A stretch of 64,000 nucleotides of DNA, taken from NCBI GenBank assembly GCA_015063745.1, contig SVTO01000007.1, forward strand, positions 111 through 64,110. The letters run 5' to 3'. The position numbers and the translations under genes are program-made. The notes beneath the pieces are model-generated. The model did no database searches. It worked only from the letters and a program-made list of their open reading frames with translations, and was not told where the DNA came from. Shown here in pieces: positions 18,544-27,543 of the stretch. This DNA is from Oscillospiraceae bacterium (lineage in GTDB: Bacteria > Bacillota > Clostridia > Oscillospirales > CAG-272). The stretch's first letter is position 1, and each line of letters starts with the position of its first letter.

Positions 18544-19710
18544 ATGACAAAAAATGCGGTAATCATCGGCGCAGGCAATATCGGACGCGGGTTTGCGGCG
18601 CAGATTCTGTACGAAGGCGGATACAATGTATGCTTTGTGGATGTATCCGAAGTAATTGTAAATGCCCTGAACGAACGGCATGAATATCCCATCGAAATTG
18701 TAAAAACCGGCGCATCCCATAAGGTAATGGTGCGTAATGTTTCCGCGGTGAACGGGAACGACAGAGAAAAAGCCTGCCGTGTGATTGCGGACTGTGATAT
18801 CTGCGTTACCTGTGTCGGTGCCAAGGCGCTGAAGTTCATCATCCCCAATCTGGCCGGCGGTATCAAGCTCCGTCACAGCGAATCCGGCAGACCCTTCAAT
18901 CTGCTGATCTGCGAAAATCTGATGGATGCGGACAAGTATATCCACTCCCTGCTGGAACCCGAACTGACGGCGGATGAACTGGCGAACGTGGGCCTGATCG
19001 AAACTTCCGTAGGCCGTATGGTACCCGTACCGGATCCGGAACTGGCGAAGATCGATCCCCTGCTGGTCCGTGCGGAAAGCTTTCTGGATCTGCCCTGCGA
19101 CAAGGATGCCTTCAAGGGAGAAGTTCCCAAAATGCCCGCTCTGTCCCCCATCTCCCCCTTCCGCTTCATCATCGAACGGAAGCTGTACATCCACAACATG
19201 GGTCACGCCATCTGTGCCTACCTGGGTATGCTGAAGGGATACACCTACATCAGCGAAGCCATCGCCGACCCGAAGATCCGTCTGATCGTGCGTGAAGCCA
19301 TGACGGAAAGTGCGGTTGCTCTGGCCAAGCGATTCAACCAGCCCTTTGATGTGCTGATCGAACATACGAACGACCTGATCCGCCGCTTCGGCAATACGGC
19401 ACTGGGCGATACCTGTGCCAGAGTCGGTGCGGACATTCCGAGAAAGCTGGCCAACGCCGACAGACTGACCGGCGCATCCCAGTCCGTAACGGAAGCCGGC
19501 GGCCGACCTGTATTTATCGCGGCAGGTGCAGCTGCGGCTCTTTGCGTATACATCCGTGAAAACGGCGGCGATCCGGCTGAAGCATTTGCTTCCCTGACCG
19601 GCGTATCCGAAGGCATGTATGCACAGACCGCTTTGGTGCTGTACGAAAAGTTCGCCTCCGGTGCGGATTTCACGGAGATCACCGCAGCGGCCGACGCCAT
19701 TCTGGCATAA
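18544..19710 (+). CDS. mtlD: Mannitol-1-phosphate 5-dehydrogenase family
   Basis: IGAGNIGRGF, ICENL, VGRMVP, ERKLYIHNMGHA, RKLANADRL. Confidence 0.8.
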   Translation: MTKNAVIIGAGNIGRGFAAQILYEGGYNVCFVDVSEVIVNALNERHEYPIEIVKTGASHKVMVRNVSAVNGNDREKACRVIADCDICVTCVGAKALKFIIPNLAGGIKLRHSESGRPFNLLICENLMDADKYIHSLLEPELTADELANVGLIETSVGRMVPVPDPELAKIDPLLVRAESFLDLPCDKDAFKGEVPKMPALSPISPFRFIIERKLYIHNMGHAICAYLGMLKGYTYISEAIADPKIRLIVREAMTESAVALAKRFNQPFDVLIEHTNDLIRRFGNTALGDTCARVGADIPRKLANADRLTGASQSVTEAGGRPVFIAAGAAAALCVYIRENGGDPAEAFASLTGVSEGMYAQTALVLYEKFASGADFTEITAAADAILA

Positions 19711-19729
19711 GAAAACAGAAATACAGCTT

Positions 19730-19775
19730 CCACACCGTTTCCTGCCAAACACAGGATGCCGGTGTGGTTTTTTTT
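19730..19775 (+). terminator. Intrinsic terminator after mtlD
   Basis: CCACACCG...CGGTGTGG followed by a T run. Confidence 0.65.
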
Positions 19776-19782
19776 GTCCGGA

Positions 19783-19852
19783 TACCGGATATTCCGCGAA
19801 AACTGCCGCATAGTGAAAACCCGTTGACTTGCCGGGAAAAATACGATACAAT
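19783..19852 (+). promoter_or_regulatory. Promoter of the LytTR pair with candidate LytTR direct repeats
   Basis: TTGACT(19824)-N17-TACAAT; TACCGGATATT (19783) and TGCCGCATAGT (19804) are 21 bp apart. Confidence 0.55.
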
Positions 19853-19894
19853 GTAGATGTCGACAGAACAAAGTGATGCATCAAGGAGGAGAGA

Positions 19895-20326
19895 ATGAAA
19901 TACAGAATCGAGATAGTACCGGATCAGACGGAGGATCTGCTCATTAGTGCCAGAGAATCCTCGCCGGTGCTGGAGCAGATCGAAAAACTGCTCAGAGAAA
20001 CGCCGGATGTGCTGTACGGATACGGTGAAGAGGGGATTGTCAGACTGACACCGGAGATTGTATACGGATTCTTCACGGAGGGGAACAGAGTATATGCTTC
20101 TGTCCGAGATGGGAAACTGCAGGTGAAGGAACGGCTGTATACGCTGGAAGAAATGTTTCCAGAGGATTTTGTGAAGGTGAATCAGTCCTGCCTGATCAAT
20201 ATTGCAAAAATCCGGAAGTTCGATACATCCATCGGCGGCTCGCTTCTGGTGATCCTCCAGAACGGATTCCGGGACTATGTTTCCCGCAGACAAATGAAAA
20301 TTGTGAAAGAAAGGCTTGGTTTATAA
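19895..20326 (+). CDS. Stand-alone LytTR DNA-binding regulator
   Basis: KERLYTLEE, FVKVNQSCLINI, YVSRR; no receiver domain. Confidence 0.9.
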   Translation: MKYRIEIVPDQTEDLLISARESSPVLEQIEKLLRETPDVLYGYGEEGIVRLTPEIVYGFFTEGNRVYASVRDGKLQVKERLYTLEEMFPEDFVKVNQSCLINIAKIRKFDTSIGGSLLVILQNGFRDYVSRRQMKIVKERLGL

Positions 20327-20327
20327 T

Positions 20328-20744
20328 ATGAATCCTTACGTAAAATCTTTTTTGCACCGCGGTATGCTTTTCGGCGGTTTCGGCCCCATAATCGCCGCCA
20401 TTGTTTTTGCGATACTCGGCTGTACTTTGCCGGATTTCTCCCTCACGGGCGGACAGGTGTTCTCGGCGGTGGTATCCACATACATCCTCGCCTTTATTCA
20501 GGCAGGCGTCAGCGTGTTCAACCAGATCGAGCACTGGTCCGTGGGCAAATCCCTGTTCTGCCACCTGACGGTATTGTACCTTGCCTACGCGGCATGCTAT
20601 ATCCTGAATTTCTGGATTCCCTTTGAACCGATGGTACTGGTGATCTTCACGGTAATTTTTGTTGTGTGCTATTTCGTCGTATGGCTCACCGTGTATTTCT
20701 CCGTCAGAGCCGCGGCCAAACGGCTGAACCGGAAGCTCGGATAA
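20328..20744 (+). CDS. DUF3021-like membrane protein (LytTR partner)
   Basis: RGMLFGGFGPII, QAGVSVFNQIEHWS, about 4 TM segments, basic tail LNRKL; starts 1 nt after the LytTR stop. Confidence 0.8.
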   Translation: MNPYVKSFLHRGMLFGGFGPIIAAIVFAILGCTLPDFSLTGGQVFSAVVSTYILAFIQAGVSVFNQIEHWSVGKSLFCHLTVLYLAYAACYILNFWIPFEPMVLVIFTVIFVVCYFVVWLTVYFSVRAAAKRLNRKLG

Positions 20745-20753
20745 ACAATAATG

Positions 20754-20797
20754 AAAAAACAGACCGGCATCACGGAATATGGATGTCGGTCTGTTTT
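20754..20797. terminator. Bidirectional terminator
   Basis: AAAACAGACCGGCATC...GATGTCGGTCTGTTTT between convergent genes. Confidence 0.75.
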
Positions 20798-20803
20798 GCT
20801 GTG

Positions 20804-23800
20804 TTACGGAACAAAGATTTCCCGGATGGTCAATGTATCTTCCGTGGCGGTAAAGATAAAGGGCATTCCCGGATAGGGATCGTAGGTTTTCAGATACTCG
20901 AAGAAGATATGCGAATCCCGTGTGGAGATCCACCGTTCGTCGTTTGCGGTGTAGCTGTCGTCTTCCTGCCCGTTGAACTGTTCCCACCAATCGAAGAAGA
21001 TGAAATTCGTGAATTCCGGCAGAACCAGTTTGGTGATCGACTCATCCGGATCGTGGATGTAGTAGCCGTTTGGCATATCCTTCCAGTCCAGCTCCAGCTC
21101 AGCGATCCTTTCGGTATCCGCAGAGGTAATGAATTCCACAATATTCAGATCCAGACTGTACAGGGTGCGTGAGTAGGGTTCCACAGTCCAGTCTTGGATG
21201 ATGGCGGTGAAGGTTACTTCCTGCTTTTTACGCCATCCTCTGTATATATCCAGAGCGCTTGCTTTATAGTACGATTCTTTCGTCTCTTCAGGCGTTTCGT
21301 CCGGCAAGGCACCGGTGTTGTAAGTGGAAATGCGTGTGTATACCGCGTCCCCGTTATCCGTGCTGTTGTTCCGATGCAGAATCAGAAGGGGCTTTGCGCC
21401 TCTGACCGCTTCGGTGATCCAGCCGTCTTCCATGACCATACCGGCAATGTCGGGTACATTTTCCGGTTTGTCCGGTTTGAGCCTGTATTCCAGCTGATAT
21501 ACTTCCAGTATACAGTTGTCTTCTTCGGGAATCTCCGTTTCCGCCAGTTTTTTCAGCTCCGTGATCTTTGCACCTTCAATGGTGTATGAGATGTTTTCAA
21601 AAGCCGCTGACTGAGGACTCAGGAGATTGTGATTGTCGATTTCCTCTTTCACAAGGGCAGCGGCCCAATCCATGACAGCCTGGGGAACGGTGTAGTCAAA
21701 ATCCATGGAAATGATAAGGGATTCTCCGTTTTCCCATTGTCCCGGTTCGTATACGGTGACAGGAGTTTCGGTCATGGGCTCCCATTCGCTGTCGGCACCG
21801 TTCCGGGTGTAGAGAACACCTACATATACACTCCTGTCCTCTGCGGTATAAATGATTTCCAGATTGTTTTTCTTCACGCTGCCCCGGATGGCGAAGGGCG
21901 TATTCACAAGCGTTCCGACATTCATATCGCAGGCTTTTTCATAAGCCGCTGCCAGAAGCTCCGGCGGTACATCATCGGAGGGGGACGGCGATGTGCTGTA
22001 GCTGCCGAATGCATCCCGGTAGAATGCGATGCGCACATGACGGATGCGGTCGGTTTCGTAGAATTCCACCCCCACATATGCACCGTTTTCGCTGCAGATG
22101 ATACTGCCGGTGTCCCGATCCAGAGTCAGACCCTGTTCAATGGCAAGCTGTTTGGCCAGCGGCCATGCGGTTTCGTAGAACCATGCAGTGGGAATACCGA
22201 ACAGATCCTGCTCATCGTCGATGGATTCCAGCATTGTTTCCGGCATAGTTTCAAGCGGCTCTTCCACTTCCAGCAGTATAAAGGAAAAATTCTTGAAAAA
22301 GCTTGTGAACCATTCAATATCCTCTTCCGTGAAATGCAGTACCTGCACGGTCACATACTGGTCCCCGGGACTGCAGCTGACGGACAGAATCTTATCCTGA
22401 AACCGCACAATCTCGGAAGCGGAGATAGCTGCCGTTTTGTATTGCCAGATTTGTCCCTGCTGCCGTTTCAGCTCATCATAGGAAAGCTTTTCTTCGGAAA
22501 TATGGGAGGCAAGAACGGTCATTCCACCGACAGAATCCCCTTCAAGAGTGGGAGAGGGCGGATTGGTGTCGGGGGTGTCCCTGGTAAAGCTGTTCTCGTA
22601 AATATCCAGAAACCGGGTGACGAAAGCCGCCTGATCCCGCTCGAGTGCTGTACCGGTTGTTACCTGCCAGCCGAATTTTTTGTACAGATCATAATTCCGG
22701 CGTGACAGAGTGCCGAGATCCTGTTCTTCCCGGATCAGGGCAATACCGTCGGCGTACAGCGCTTTCATGGTTTCAAAAGCCTTTTCGGGATCCTTGAACA
22801 CCGCACGGCCGTATTTGTCCGCACCGATGGCAAAATCCGCGCTGATGCTTTCATAGAGCATCTTGTCCACATTGCCGATGCAGTCTTCCGCGTCGGGCTC
22901 GTATTCCCGTACCCACGGATTCCGCACAGTTACCGGATCGGTCAGGAAACAAACCGCCGTTACGGCACATACCAGCACCGCCAGCAGAATGATCCAAAAC
23001 GCAGGCTTTTTGTAATGCAGTACGGACTTTACCCGGACTTTCACGCCCACTTCACCGAAGGCCAGAGGACAGGCAGAAATCAGCCGTCGGTTCACACTGC
23101 AGTCCAGAAGGGCCTGGGAATAATCCGCCCGTTCCGTACTGCCCATCCCACGGATCACCTTTTCATCGCAGGCAAGCTCAATATCCCGGCAGAACAGCAC
23201 ATAGGACAGCCAGATCACGGGATTGAACCAGTACAGCGTCAGCAGAAGAAATCCGAAGGGCTTCCACCAGTGGTCCCTGCGGCGGATGTGCGCCTGTTCA
23301 TGGGCAATGACGTATTCCAGACTGTCATCCGGAAGTCCGAAGGGAATGTAGATCCTCGGCTTCACGATACCCAGTACAAAAGGAGAGAGCACATTTTCGC
23401 TGCAGAAAATATTGTCCCTGTACAAAACAGCACAGCGTACCCTGCGGCGGAGCAGAATATAGCTGATGAGAGTATAAACGCACATGGCTAACACGCCGAG
23501 CAGCCAGACCACCGAACAGATGGCTACGGTGATCTGCAGGGGATTCACGCTGTTGCCGGGAAGGGGCGTGTTGGAATCTACGATGATGGGATTGACCACA
23601 TTGTTGATCACGGGCACGCCGCTGGTGATGAACGGCCGGGTGTTGAATTCGATATTCATGGGAATGGTTTCGGCGCTGGGGATCAGGCTGACCGTGCTTT
23701 CCGGCGTAAACGGCAGAAGCAGACGGAGTGCCACCATCCCCCAGAGCAGAACATTCCCCCATTTCGGCGCTTTTTTCAGTACCAGCCGCAGAATCACCAC

Positions 23801-23863
23801 CGCCAGCACAAGCCATCCCGCCGAAATGCTCATGTTCAAAAGTTTCAGAAAAACTTCGTTCAT
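20804..23863 (-). CDS. BlaR1/MecR1-type M56 membrane metalloprotease with ~700-aa extracellular region
   Basis: LLNMSISAG, SPFVLGIVKPRIYIP, HEQAHIRRRDH, DIELACDE, PLAFGEVGVK; no penicillin-binding domain recognised. Confidence 0.9.
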   Translation of the reverse strand: MNEVFLKLLNMSISAGWLVLAVVILRLVLKKAPKWGNVLLWGMVALRLLLPFTPESTVSLIPSAETIPMNIEFNTRPFITSGVPVINNVVNPIIVDSNTPLPGNSVNPLQITVAICSVVWLLGVLAMCVYTLISYILLRRRVRCAVLYRDNIFCSENVLSPFVLGIVKPRIYIPFGLPDDSLEYVIAHEQAHIRRRDHWWKPFGFLLLTLYWFNPVIWLSYVLFCRDIELACDEKVIRGMGSTERADYSQALLDCSVNRRLISACPLAFGEVGVKVRVKSVLHYKKPAFWIILLAVLVCAVTAVCFLTDPVTVRNPWVREYEPDAEDCIGNVDKMLYESISADFAIGADKYGRAVFKDPEKAFETMKALYADGIALIREEQDLGTLSRRNYDLYKKFGWQVTTGTALERDQAAFVTRFLDIYENSFTRDTPDTNPPSPTLEGDSVGGMTVLASHISEEKLSYDELKRQQGQIWQYKTAAISASEIVRFQDKILSVSCSPGDQYVTVQVLHFTEEDIEWFTSFFKNFSFILLEVEEPLETMPETMLESIDDEQDLFGIPTAWFYETAWPLAKQLAIEQGLTLDRDTGSIICSENGAYVGVEFYETDRIRHVRIAFYRDAFGSYSTSPSPSDDVPPELLAAAYEKACDMNVGTLVNTPFAIRGSVKKNNLEIIYTAEDRSVYVGVLYTRNGADSEWEPMTETPVTVYEPGQWENGESLIISMDFDYTVPQAVMDWAAALVKEEIDNHNLLSPQSAAFENISYTIEGAKITELKKLAETEIPEEDNCILEVYQLEYRLKPDKPENVPDIAGMVMEDGWITEAVRGAKPLLILHRNNSTDNGDAVYTRISTYNTGALPDETPEETKESYYKASALDIYRGWRKKQEVTFTAIIQDWTVEPYSRTLYSLDLNIVEFITSADTERIAELELDWKDMPNGYYIHDPDESITKLVLPEFTNFIFFDWWEQFNGQEDDSYTANDERWISTRDSHIFFEYLKTYDPYPGMPFIFTATEDTLTIREIFVP

Positions 23864-24231
23864 TGTTCCTCTCCTTCCCGCATCCGGTCAATCATCCGCT
23901 GGATCTCGTCGATCTCCTTTCCGGACAGCTTCTGCCGCCTGGTAAATGCCGCAATAAACGCGGGCAGGGAACCTTCGAATTTTTTCTCCACCAGTTCATC
24001 GATCTCCCACGCCTGTACTTCATCCTTGGATACAAGGGAGGTAACGATGGTGTTCTCGTTCTTCAGAACCCCTCTGTCGGAGAGTCTTTTGATAACGGTA
24101 TAGGTCGTACTGGTCTTCCACCCCAGCTGCTGTTCGCAAAGCTTTGCCAGAAGCGGACTTTTGATGGGTTCGTTCTCCCACAGAATCAGACAGAACCGGT
24201 ATTCACTTTCAAATATTTTCGGTGTTTCCAT
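23860..24231 (-). CDS. BlaI/MecI/CopY-family repressor
   Basis: IFESEYRFCLILW, WKTSTTYTVIKRL, FEGSLPAFIAAF, LSGKEIDEI; ATGA overlap with the M56 gene; SD GAAAGGAG. Confidence 0.92.
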   Translation of the reverse strand: METPKIFESEYRFCLILWENEPIKSPLLAKLCEQQLGWKTSTTYTVIKRLSDRGVLKNENTIVTSLVSKDEVQAWEIDELVEKKFEGSLPAFIAAFTRRQKLSGKEIDEIQRMIDRMREGEEQ

Positions 24232-24320
24232 AGGAACTCCTTTCATTCTAATGCGTTAGACTACAGTTATATTCTAACACGTTAGAATGAAGTTGTCAAT
24301 AGGGGGAGAGCAAATTTTTC
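24183..24320. repeat. Direct repeat copy 1 (blaI promoter + 5' codons)
   Basis: Matches 27393-27530; I count 105/118 identities over 24183-24300. Confidence 0.9.
24247..24299 (-). promoter_or_regulatory. sigma-A promoter of blaI with two palindromic operators
   Basis: Minus strand TTGACA-N17-TAGAAT; palindromes ATTCTAAC-AC-GTTAGAAT (24271-24288) and TCTAA-TGCG-TTAGA (24247-24260). Confidence 0.8.
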
Positions 24321-24325
24321 TAAAA

Positions 24326-24363
24326 AAAAACTCCGGAAATGCAATTTCGCATCTCCGGAGTTT
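24326..24363 (-). terminator. Intrinsic terminator after the lipoprotein gene
   Basis: AACTCCGGAAATGC...GCATCTCCGGAGTT flanked by A/T runs. Confidence 0.7.
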
Positions 24364-24374
24364 GCATAAAAGGA

Positions 24375-27173
24375 TTATTCAAAAGTTACGCCGGTGTAAT
24401 ATACATCGTTGTCGTTTGCATAGATCAGACAGTCGATCACGTTATCCTGTACGTAAGTACCTCGATGGCCGCTAATACAGAAGGATTCTGCTGTGAATTC
24501 ACCGAGAGTCTTTGTCTGAGTCAGTGCCCAGCCGTTTGCGGTTTCGAAGTATACGTCAATCTTTGCACCTTCTTCGCCGATGTTGCAGATGAGCAAATAC
24601 AGCGTATCATCCGTGGTCGTTACGGCACGAATGGCGGATTTCTCGGTCAGACCGTCCACGGCCAGTTCTTCCACAGATACCAGTTCCAGTCCGTTATAAA
24701 CAGCGTGGTAGTGCTTGGTTGTATTGGCGATACGTTCTGCATTGTCGTGAACATCCATATCATCCAGATCCACCTGATAATACGTATAGAACACATGCAG
24801 TTTACCGTCAGCGTCCATGAAAGCATCTCCCGTATTTCCCATCTCTGCCACAGACCAGATACCGTCCGCTTTTTCATCCGTGTAGGGAGCCTGGATAACT
24901 ACAGTTTCCATAGTGCCGATACGGTTCAAATCCGGAATATGGAACAGAGAAATGGAATCCTTGAGATTGATTGTACGGCCTACATAATCGGGACCATCCG
25001 CGAGAGTATGAGGATCTACCACATGGGAAGCTACAAGGTAGACACCTTTTTCACCGTCCGGGAAGGAATAGAAATTGGTGTAATAACCCTCATCAACAGA
25101 AAACATAGAGAGCCTTGCTCTCTTGCTGAATTCCAGGGATTCAAGGGTCATGGTATTGGCGGATACACTGATCATGCCGGGGGTTTCCTGCGGCATGAGA
25201 AAACCGTTGATGGAAAGAACATGGGTTTTGCCGGTTTCTTCGTTTGTGAATACATCAATTTGCTGAAGCACGTTTTCCCAGGGACTGTAATTCAGGGTGA
25301 TGGTGTTGGCGGTTACCGTATCCGCAGCGGGATCAATACAGTATACTTCCGTACCGTGAGGAGGGAATACATAGATTTTGCCGTCGCCCAGCTGTTTGAT
25401 GGTCAGATATTTATCCTTAAAGGACTGATAACTGCCGGTATACAGAATGGAAGCGGAATTATCCTCGTGAATCTTGGCTATACAGAAATATTCAGTACAG
25501 TCATACACGCTGTATCTGTCATGAACATATTTGTAGACAAAAGCAGCGTAGGTGCCGTTTTCGGTATGGACAATCTGGTGTGTGTGTGCATCTGAATAGG
25601 CATTGTACTTATAGTACTCGTCGATAATTAAATCCGTATCTGCAAGAATATTCTGCAATTCCGAAACACTTCCGTCCGCCAGAGAAATATGGAAAGTGTA
25701 TACAGTACGGGGAGACGGATCTCGTGTGTAGAAGAAACAGCTCAAAACATCGTCCTGGAGAGAGCCATTTCGGGGAGCACTGATAGAAGAGGAAAAAGAA
25801 CTTACGTCATCAAAAGTATGCGTGTTCATTAAAGTCCATGTTTTGCCAAGGGGATCATTTGCTTTATAGATGTATATTTCCATAGGGATAACACGTTCGC
25901 CAAAGATGATCATATACAGTGTACCATCCGTGTCCTGGCGAATCTGAGGTCTGTATTGTCTGGCGGGATCTTCCGCAGGCATTTCGACAGGCATTTCGAT
26001 TTGTTCGTTGAAAATACATTCCATGCCGTCGTATATCGCATGGCGATACTGGTAATCCGGATCCAAGTCGGGACAATTGCCGCCCAGGTCGTATTTATGG
26101 AACAAATATGTAATGTGCATATATCCGTCTGCATCCACAAATACACCGCCGTCCTGGTTGTTGGCTGCGATGGACCAGACTCCTTCCTGGCCTCTTTCCG
26201 AGTAAACTTCCTGAATGGTGGTATGGGTTATATTCTCAGAGGAAGTAAGGTCAGGAATATGGAACATGCGAAGTTCGTCAAAGGTTCTGAGATTAGTCAC
26301 CGGAGAAACAATCAGATCTGTCAGAGGAGCCAGGTAGTTATTACGTTCACCTACAATGTAGGCACCGCCGTTTCCGTCCGGGAAGGGGAAAACGAAAGTA
26401 TGACGGCCCAATTTTTCAAAAATATGGTAGACACCTTCCGGATTCCAGCGCATACTTTCCAGATCAAACACAAACCATTCCATTACATAGTCTGCGCTTT
26501 CCTGGGTGTTTTTGGCAGGATTGCCGTTGCAGAAGGCATATATTTTCCGGTTTTCAAAATCGAACATTGCGGAGGAATAACCAAGAGCATACCCGGAATT
26601 AAAGATCGGTGTTTCTCTGCAAGTACTTACCGCATCGGTTTCAGCATCCAGGATATAGGTTGCCAGAGTTTTGTTGCCGGTGGCAATTACAAAAATATCT
26701 CCGTTTGTATCCTGGCCGATATTCAGGTGTACAGTGGAAGCTGTAGGATCCAAGGTATCAAAATACAGCAAGGCTACCTCGTTGTCCGGTGTAATTTTAG
26801 CAATATAGAACTCCGTTCTGGTCGCCACAGAAGAGTTATCGGTATCGACCCAGTTTTTGACAAACGCCACATAGTCCCCTCTTTCTGTGCGGCAAATACG
26901 CATCTGCTGACCACCGTGACAAGCCGGTTCAGCATATGGAGTCGAGTGGGTAAGACTCATTTCGTTTGCTTTCAGAATACTTTCCACATCTTCAATGGAA
27001 ATCTGATGTGCCGAAGGTGTCAGAACCGGTTCGGTTTCTGCTTCGGTAACAGCTTCGGTTTCGACAGTTTCCGCTGCGGTTGTGTCGGTTTCGTCAACAG
27101 TAGTTTCACCGCATCCGACAAGCAGCAGAGCGCCCAGAAGCAGGGCGAAAAGTATAATTTTGATGCTTTTCAT
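24375..27173 (-). CDS. Large lipoprotein with two tandem copies of a beta-rich (propeller-like) domain
   Basis: Lipobox LLLVGC, T/E-rich linker, duplicated motifs (FPDG, FHIPDL, GxWS, DADG.HxxY, QDxVxxCxxY). Confidence 0.8.
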   Translation of the reverse strand: MKSIKIILFALLLGALLLVGCGETTVDETDTTAAETVETEAVTEAETEPVLTPSAHQISIEDVESILKANEMSLTHSTPYAEPACHGGQQMRICRTERGDYVAFVKNWVDTDNSSVATRTEFYIAKITPDNEVALLYFDTLDPTASTVHLNIGQDTNGDIFVIATGNKTLATYILDAETDAVSTCRETPIFNSGYALGYSSAMFDFENRKIYAFCNGNPAKNTQESADYVMEWFVFDLESMRWNPEGVYHIFEKLGRHTFVFPFPDGNGGAYIVGERNNYLAPLTDLIVSPVTNLRTFDELRMFHIPDLTSSENITHTTIQEVYSERGQEGVWSIAANNQDGGVFVDADGYMHITYLFHKYDLGGNCPDLDPDYQYRHAIYDGMECIFNEQIEMPVEMPAEDPARQYRPQIRQDTDGTLYMIIFGERVIPMEIYIYKANDPLGKTWTLMNTHTFDDVSSFSSSISAPRNGSLQDDVLSCFFYTRDPSPRTVYTFHISLADGSVSELQNILADTDLIIDEYYKYNAYSDAHTHQIVHTENGTYAAFVYKYVHDRYSVYDCTEYFCIAKIHEDNSASILYTGSYQSFKDKYLTIKQLGDGKIYVFPPHGTEVYCIDPAADTVTANTITLNYSPWENVLQQIDVFTNEETGKTHVLSINGFLMPQETPGMISVSANTMTLESLEFSKRARLSMFSVDEGYYTNFYSFPDGEKGVYLVASHVVDPHTLADGPDYVGRTINLKDSISLFHIPDLNRIGTMETVVIQAPYTDEKADGIWSVAEMGNTGDAFMDADGKLHVFYTYYQVDLDDMDVHDNAERIANTTKHYHAVYNGLELVSVEELAVDGLTEKSAIRAVTTTDDTLYLLICNIGEEGAKIDVYFETANGWALTQTKTLGEFTAESFCISGHRGTYVQDNVIDCLIYANDNDVYYTGVTFE

Positions 27174-27375
27174 GAATGTAAATCCTCCCTAGAGATTCAA
27201 TAAATTCCGGTTTATAAGGAAAAATTTTTATCTTTTTACTTCCGCCCGTTCCACCTCGGTAATTCAATGCATTTTCAGTGAAGATAACTCCATTTGGGCA
27301 GGGAGAAGTTCAGTCTTGTTAAAAGCTTGTGGAAAAGATATGTACACACTCCTGATACATCAGGAATAGAAAATC

Positions 27376-27441
27376 TCAGAAACATACTGCTCGAATCAGA
27401 CAGAACCGGTATTCATTTTCAAATATTTTCGGTGTTCCCAT
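27376..27441 (-). pseudogene. Truncated blaI remnant
   Basis: MGTPKIFENEYRFCLI-RAVCF* versus METPKIFESEYRFCLI of the intact gene. Confidence 0.8.
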
Positions 27442-27530
27442 AGGAACTCCATTCATTTTAATGCGTTAGATCACAGTTCCATTCTGACACGTTAGAATAG
27501 GGGTGTCAATAGGGGAGAGCAAATTTTTTC
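27393..27530. repeat. Direct repeat copy 2 (degenerate blaI promoter/operators)
   Basis: Offset 3210 bp from copy 1; -10 changed to CAGAAT; each operator core has one substitution. Confidence 0.9.
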
Positions 27531-27543
27531 AAAAAGACGAAAA

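Noticed and set aside
20804-24231. Beta-lactam resistance locus
   Set aside because: No beta-lactamase or PBP2a and no recognisable penicillin-binding sensor domain.
27350-27365. Palindrome TCCTGAT-AC-ATCAGGA upstream of the lipoprotein
   Set aside because: Single occurrence with no supporting regulator or second copy; may be chance.
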